From the IMG/VR virus record IMGVR_UViG_2630968701_000002: 64,000 nucleotides of DNA. The stretch is one strand, 5' to 3'. A program made the position numbers and the translations under genes. Below are positions 59,169-64,000 of the stretch, piece after piece (position 1 is the first letter of the stretch; the number at the start of each line of letters is the position of its first letter). Source of the DNA: a virus (Duplodnaviria; Heunggongvirae; Uroviricota; Caudoviricetes). Under the pieces are notes generated by a model, which saw only the letters and a program-made list of their open reading frames with translations, made no database searches and was not told where the DNA came from.

Positions 59169-59525
59169 CTCTGGTTTCGATTGATCCAGTGAGGCTCCAC
59201 CAGTCATTCAGAAGAATGACAAGTGGCTTCCAATGATGGTATGGCAATCGTCACTTCGTTCTCCTCACTTCGTGCGATCCTTTTTGATAGAGTTTATCCT
59301 CTATCAGAACACAAGTCGCTACATCCCTGAACCGATCTGAGAACGCCTGCCCTCTTAAAAAGAAGCCATTTGCCATCAGAAAGGTGATCCATTGATCCGG
59401 TCACAGACAGTCCCTGTGTTCCAGTCATCCTGCAATGCATCCGAGATAGGACGAAGTTTTCTCTGAGGGACTCCGGCTCACGCCCGGTACAGGATGGCTC
59501 CATATATGAATTTATAATCTGTTTA
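59169..59525 (-). ncRNA. Predicted long omega-like RNA of the TnpB-related element; guide UGGAUCAAUCGAAACCAGAG
   Basis: 337-nt GC-rich non-coding stretch between the stop codon and the right end; CAUCCUG/CAGGAUG helix; terminal hairpin then TCAC. Confidence 0.6.
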
Positions 59526-61287
59526 CTAGTTTCTATGTAAAACAGGATCCTGATATGTCAGGAGGTCCTGTGTGGTGACTTTGTTGATGAGTTTCGTTAA
59601 GGATCCCCATTGCTGCGGGATCAGGGCGCGGACTTTTTTATTCGTCAGGTAAGGTTTTAGATAGGATGGGATCGATTCTTTATATCCCTGTCCTCTTCTT
59701 GCGATACAGAGAGCTGCGGCTTCATGAACAGTGAGTCCGTACCTCCTCAGATATCGCATCTTTCCAACTTTTGAGGTATACGCTGGATGGACAAATTTGA
59801 CGCCGATGTGATGCTTAACTGCTTTTGAGATCAGAAGTTCCCGGATACAGGCACTGGCAAACATACTGATATGCCGGTGTCTCTTCCGGTGCTTGTCGTA
59901 AAATTTCTTTCTCTGGATACTCTTAATGTTTTCTGCAGTGACCGGTTTATGCTGTTGATCTGCATATTGAAAAATCTTTTCGAGAGATTCCGAGATCTGA
60001 TGTTTGATCTGGCCGCTTCTCTTTCCTTCCATGTCATAACGGAAAATTTCATGATGTAAGAGATTTCCACTCTGGTCCGTCTCTGTCATCGCGATATGAT
60101 CATAGTTGATGTCGATACCGATGGTTCCATCTCCATAGTAGTTATTCATATTTTCTTCCTCTTCTGTCAGGATACAGCGGATCTGCCAGGCATTTCCACA
60201 ATCTACGATCTCCCATGCGATCGCGCCCTTTCGTTCCTTTAACCAAGATTCGATCCATGTCTGTCCGTAAGGGAATGTGACATTTGGAAAACAGATTCTG
60301 TTTCCATCCCAATCTGTCATACTCCGATACTCTAATGTTTTTGTCTCAGTGTCATATCGGAAAACCCAGTTTCCATACTTGCAGTCCTTTCTTCCAGAGA
60401 TCATCATCCTTCGATTCCTCCGTTTATCCAATACACGGTGTCGTTCCGGAATCGTCCGGTTCTTTGTCAGTTTCTTTCCACCAAACCGTACTTTGAGAGG
60501 ATAATCTTTCAGTCTCTGCTGTTTGATCTCTAATCGTTTCATCTTATGTTCCATGTTGGCGATCTGCGTTTTTATTTGTCGAAGCTTTCGATCCAGCCAC
60601 TGATGTTCGAACAGATACAGCGTTTCATAGACCCAGATCTTTTGGAAGAACTGTACCGTTACACTGCCGTCTTTCTGATACTGGATATTAGCCGATCCTT
60701 TCAACGGTTTCTTCGGGTCTTTCGTATGTTTGATGATCGATTCTTTGATCTTTAACAGCTTTTTTCGATAGTTTTTCTTTTTTCGCAGGGCTTTTCGTAT
60801 CGCCTTGATATCTTCTTTGGCATCCTCAATATATAACTTTGCAAGTTCCTGTCCAGACTTGATCATCGCTGCGGCTGCCATCCTGGCGGAATTTGCAAAG
60901 TAATCCTTACATTCGAACACCTCCTTCAACTTCAGCTGATGTGATAGCTCTTTTCCGTCATCCCTGAAGAATTTTCGATCCTGTCTCTGCCATAGGAAAG
61001 AAGTACGTTTCATGGAATTGAACGCAAAGAGATCCTGCAAGATACGTTTATTCTCTTCTGGTCGCAGATCCGTCTTTTTGATATATCTTGATGCGAGACA
61101 TTTCTTCATCTCCGTACTCCTTTCTGATCTTTCTACTATAAGTATGAGATATTTGAGAGAAAAACTTTTTCATATATAAGATTCTTATTTTTAAAAAGAA
61201 AACGGGCGAGAATCCCCGCCCTGGCATTCATCCACCAGCCATTCCTAGTTTCTAGGAATGACAACTGGTCTTCTGCCTATGTACATG
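59189..61287 (-). mobile_element. Non-autonomous IS200/IS605 element, TAM TTAT, right end TCAC
   Basis: Related GTCATTC..GAATG hairpins at both ends; left guide AAGA at +16..+19 after TTAT; right guide GAAG predicts TCAC. Confidence 0.82.
59526..61109 (-). CDS. IS200/IS605 TnpB-related protein, large clade without zinc finger
   Basis: FGGKK, GRKDCKYGN, RuvC-I GIDINYDH, RuvC-II TAENI, PAYTSKVG, HEAAALCIARRG. Confidence 0.85.
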   Translation of the reverse strand: MKKCLASRYIKKTDLRPEENKRILQDLFAFNSMKRTSFLWQRQDRKFFRDDGKELSHQLKLKEVFECKDYFANSARMAAAAMIKSGQELAKLYIEDAKEDIKAIRKALRKKKNYRKKLLKIKESIIKHTKDPKKPLKGSANIQYQKDGSVTVQFFQKIWVYETLYLFEHQWLDRKLRQIKTQIANMEHKMKRLEIKQQRLKDYPLKVRFGGKKLTKNRTIPERHRVLDKRRNRRMMISGRKDCKYGNWVFRYDTETKTLEYRSMTDWDGNRICFPNVTFPYGQTWIESWLKERKGAIAWEIVDCGNAWQIRCILTEEEENMNNYYGDGTIGIDINYDHIAMTETDQSGNLLHHEIFRYDMEGKRSGQIKHQISESLEKIFQYADQQHKPVTAENIKSIQRKKFYDKHRKRHRHISMFASACIRELLISKAVKHHIGVKFVHPAYTSKVGKMRYLRRYGLTVHEAAALCIARRGQGYKESIPSYLKPYLTNKKVRALIPQQWGSLTKLINKVTTQDLLTYQDPVLHRN

Positions 61288-61374
61288 ATAATATCTTTAT
61301 ATAAAAAACTGCAGCTGCAGAATCCAAACCAACAACGGACAATTCTTTTGTCGCCATAGGACGCTTTGTACCCT

Positions 61375-62235
61375 CTAACTGATCTGCCACCTATTGGTGT
61401 GCAGATCAGTTAGCAAATCAATGAATTCCTCTTTTGTTGTTATGAAATCACATTTCGAATGGATAAGCTTTTTTGCATCCTTAATCCATTCCTTGTATTC
61501 TTCTGATTCTTTGAACCGAAACCATTCATTAAATGATTTTTCGTTTGTTGGATAGCCTTTTACATTTGACATACTTAATGTTTTGATCAATTCTTTTGTT
61601 TGATCTTCCTCATTTTTAATATGAATCGTTTCATCAGAAATGACAAATTTCGGAAAAACATTGTTTATATCAAAGAGTTCCACACAAAATCCATGCTTAC
61701 ATGGAACATAATCTGGACCGATTGCCTTTCTCCAATCTATGCATCGTCTATTCCATTCTTCCTCAGAAATCGCATCTGGTTTCTCACATTGATTTTGATA
61801 ATGATAGTCATCGAAATGTCCTGTATTTTCCAAATAGTTTTGGATATCCTTACTTCCAAAAAACATGACAAGAATTTTATCCTGCAATGGAAAGATCTGA
61901 ATGATCTCCCTTTTTCTCTGATTTTGAAGATTTCGTCCAAAAGCCATATCAGAGATATTCCAATACAGACTATCCCATCTATCTACATCCACCAATTTCC
62001 ATGTCTCATGCATTTCTTTGGAATTTTTCGTTTCCTTTATCATGTCCTGCACAACCTGAGAACCATGAAGCTTTTTGAAGTTGTAGTAGTACAAAGTCTT
62101 ATTAGCTACCCAGTCGAGAGCCATTTGTTCACTAATCTTTGTCACTTCCTTCCGAAGATTATCACAAAATTCATTTAACGAAATGAGATCGTAATCTCCT
62201 TTTAATCTATATGCATTATATATTTTCATACTCAT
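61375..62235 (-). CDS. Hypothetical protein
   Basis: 286-aa ORF after a promoter motif; FDDYHYQNQCEKPD.ISEEEW. Confidence 0.7.
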   Translation of the reverse strand: MSMKIYNAYRLKGDYDLISLNEFCDNLRKEVTKISEQMALDWVANKTLYYYNFKKLHGSQVVQDMIKETKNSKEMHETWKLVDVDRWDSLYWNISDMAFGRNLQNQRKREIIQIFPLQDKILVMFFGSKDIQNYLENTGHFDDYHYQNQCEKPDAISEEEWNRRCIDWRKAIGPDYVPCKHGFCVELFDINNVFPKFVISDETIHIKNEEDQTKELIKTLSMSNVKGYPTNEKSFNEWFRFKESEEYKEWIKDAKKLIHSKCDFITTKEEFIDLLTDLHTNRWQIS

Positions 62236-62339
62236 AGTTTTTCCCTTCTGCTACAAAATTAAGATTGCTTTCAATACAAATATGAGAGATTCTTCAAAAA
62301 GAAAAAATCACATATAAAAAAAGAGAGCATGACGCTCTC

Positions 62340-62528
62340 TTAAACTTCTCCAGCAATTTTTCGTACATAGTTTACATATCTTGTGCTATATAATTGTTTT
62401 TTCCCATTTCGAATGATAGCATTCCATTCTTCTAAATCATCATGAAATTTTTGATAAAATCCACAATTTGCATGACAAGTACTTGAATGAAACTCACATT
62501 TGTAACATGGGGACATTGGCTTTCTCAT
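62340..62528 (-). CDS. Small Cys-rich phage-type protein
   Basis: PCYKC...CHANC..Y. Confidence 0.55.
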   Translation of the reverse strand: MRKPMSPCYKCEFHSSTCHANCGFYQKFHDDLEEWNAIIRNGKKQLYSTRYVNYVRKIAGEV

Positions 62529-63076
62529 AAATTCTCTCCCTTTGTAACCTCTTCTAATGCAGAAAATACCCAGTGATAAACTTCTGAATGTTCAGCGATA
62601 ATTTTTAATGCTGTCTCACGATCTAATGCCTTTCGATAAACACGGTCACTTGTTAATGCATCATACATATCTGCTGCGATCAAGATTGGATAATATTTTT
62701 TTGCAAAGTTTCCGATCTGATCATCCTTTAATTTGCGATATTTATTCATTCCGTGATGTAATAAAACTAACTCTTTAACTTCTTCTGTTCCATAATTTAA
62801 TTCTTTGCAAGCTTCATATCCATAGTAAGCATGCATATCAATAACTTCACGCTCTAATCGAGTTAAAGGTCTTGGGGCGTCTAATATGTTGTCAGGAATA
62901 TAAAACTTTCCAATATCATGGATTTGTGCTGCTGCAAGTATAGTTTTCTGATCAATCCCCAATATGTTCAATTGTTTTGTGAGTAGTTCTACATAGTGTG
63001 TTACACGATTGCAATGTTTTCTAGTTTCTTCTGTAAAATAATTTTCAATCTTATCATATCTAGCTTCTTTCATCAT
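62525..63076 (-). CDS. HD-domain phosphohydrolase (HD-GYP-like, GYP loop absent)
   Basis: HCNRV, HDIGK, HAYYG, HH, ADMYDALTSDRVYR. Confidence 0.85.
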   Translation of the reverse strand: MMKEARYDKIENYFTEETRKHCNRVTHYVELLTKQLNILGIDQKTILAAAQIHDIGKFYIPDNILDAPRPLTRLEREVIDMHAYYGYEACKELNYGTEEVKELVLLHHGMNKYRKLKDDQIGNFAKKYYPILIAADMYDALTSDRVYRKALDRETALKIIAEHSEVYHWVFSALEEVTKGENL

Positions 63077-63226
63077 GTTTTCTCCCTTCGCAGAAATATT
63101 TCTGCTATGAATATCGAAGAAATTTAATTTCTCCTATCGTCAACTGTCTACAAAGCAAATATGAGTGTTAGAAGTTTTAATAACTACAAAAAGACCCAAC
63201 GATATGCTGAGTCTTTTTACTGAAAA

Positions 63227-63901
63227 TTAATGTAAATTTTTTAAGATAATATCTAATGGGGTACTTGGTGGCATGACCAACATATGACTGGCATATTTCA
63301 TCATCTGTTCAAATTCTTTTTCATTCATTCCTTCTGGAACTTCAAATTCGATGGAAACCCTTTTCGGTTCTGCTTTTTTTAATCCATGCTCTGCTGCAAG
63401 AACTAATGCACGATTTCGTAGGTCTTTGACTGTTTCATTATTATATACCGTAATATCATACTGATAATCATTGATATTGGCATCCGCATGATTACTTGCA
63501 GGAAGATCTTTGATACAATTACGAACAACCTGAATCGTCACGATGTCTGGATGAGCTTTTTTGAGTCTGTCAATCTCCTGAGGCTCTCTTACATGAATGA
63601 AAAGCATCATATCTTTTTCAGAATTAGAGGCTGTTTTCAGTGTTTCAGAAATTTTGCTCTGGACCTCCAAGAATGGCAGATCGAATTTTTTTGTCAGATA
63701 ATCTTTCATATCAGATAATACTTTTCGTGACTCAGCATCTTTTTTACCATCCCATCCAGCTACTTTATATAGCTCTTTGACGGAATCAATGGTAGAAAAA
63801 TTTACAACCTGATCAGGAAATTCTTTCTGTAGCTGACGTACAAATGTGTCCTTTCCACTCATTGGTGCTCCATTGATAATAAAAGTACTTAATTTTCCCA
63901 T
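63227..63901 (-). CDS. Deoxynucleoside monophosphate kinase-like P-loop protein
   Basis: NGAPMSGKDTF, WDGKKD...RKVL, HVREPQEI, H.D. Confidence 0.7.
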   Translation of the reverse strand: MGKLSTFIINGAPMSGKDTFVRQLQKEFPDQVVNFSTIDSVKELYKVAGWDGKKDAESRKVLSDMKDYLTKKFDLPFLEVQSKISETLKTASNSEKDMMLFIHVREPQEIDRLKKAHPDIVTIQVVRNCIKDLPASNHADANINDYQYDITVYNNETVKDLRNRALVLAAEHGLKKAEPKRVSIEFEVPEGMNEKEFEQMMKYASHMLVMPPSTPLDIILKNLH

Positions 63902-64000
63902 GTTTATATTCTCCTTTCGTCTTTAAAAAAGTATCAATATAAATATGAGATTTTAAATGAATCATAATTTTCATATATAAGAAATTAAATTTCCAAATTT

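Noticed and set aside
59009-59200. 63-aa ORF MEPHWINRNQ...
   Set aside because: Its first codons lie inside the IS right end, so it is a chimeric frame; the flank may be a remnant of an interrupted gene.
843-63718. All plus-strand ORFs in the track and the short nested minus-strand ORFs
   Set aside because: They are shadows of longer minus-strand genes, lack RBSs and have no recognisable motifs.
677-63980. Integron-like cassette array with the repeats as attC sites and the tyrosine recombinases as integrase
   Set aside because: The repeats are non-palindromic, sit at promoter distance from RBSs and lack attC R/L boxes; the recombinases lack the IntI insertion. A promoter role is simpler.
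1-64000. CRISPR array or tRNA genes
   Set aside because: No regularly spaced identical repeats with unique spacers and no cloverleaf with a T-loop were seen.
1-64000. Alternative genetic code (TGA or TAG reassigned)
   Set aside because: Long genes are intact under code 11 and TGA and TAG end complete genes (e.g. PARP, LPD1); only one in-frame TGA was noted.

Overview
AT-rich (roughly one-third GC by eye), gene-dense 64 kb segment in which essentially every credible gene lies on the minus strand. There are no rRNA, tRNA, ribosomal-protein operons, CRISPR arrays or phage structural genes. The cargo (YopX, DUF3849, DUF4314, LPD1 polyvalent protein, RadC/JAB, DNA methyltransferases, RtcB, RNase H, dNMP kinase, TerD) points to a very large mobile replicon of a gut Clostridia/Lachnospiraceae-type host, most likely a conjugative megaplasmid/ICE, with a jumbo phage not excluded. 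The region is built from short transcription units, each headed by a copy of one promoter-like motif (minus strand TTATATGTGAAAAA-N~20-TCTCATATTT; more than 30 copies) and closed by a hairpin terminator. Main points: (1) an element-borne Sec export module, secY + an unannotated 41-aa secE-like ORF + secB-like + hypothetical + secA, outside any chromosomal sec context; (2) a WGR-PARP gene with intact H-Y-E triad directly upstream of an ORF-less, GC-rich, helix-dense ~770-nt candidate ncRNA with its own promoter; (3) two tnpB-only IS200/IS605 elements whose ends, TAMs and guides can be read from sequence, one splitting a mini-Fic gene at its catalytic His and one encoding an atypical 527-aa TnpB-related protein with a ~340-nt 3' RNA; (4) a dispersed RNA-repair and nucleotide-metabolism kit; (5) three tandem catalytic-domain-only tyrosine recombinases. 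Family assignments come from motif recognition, not database searches. A few single-base frame disruptions suggest possible assembly errors.
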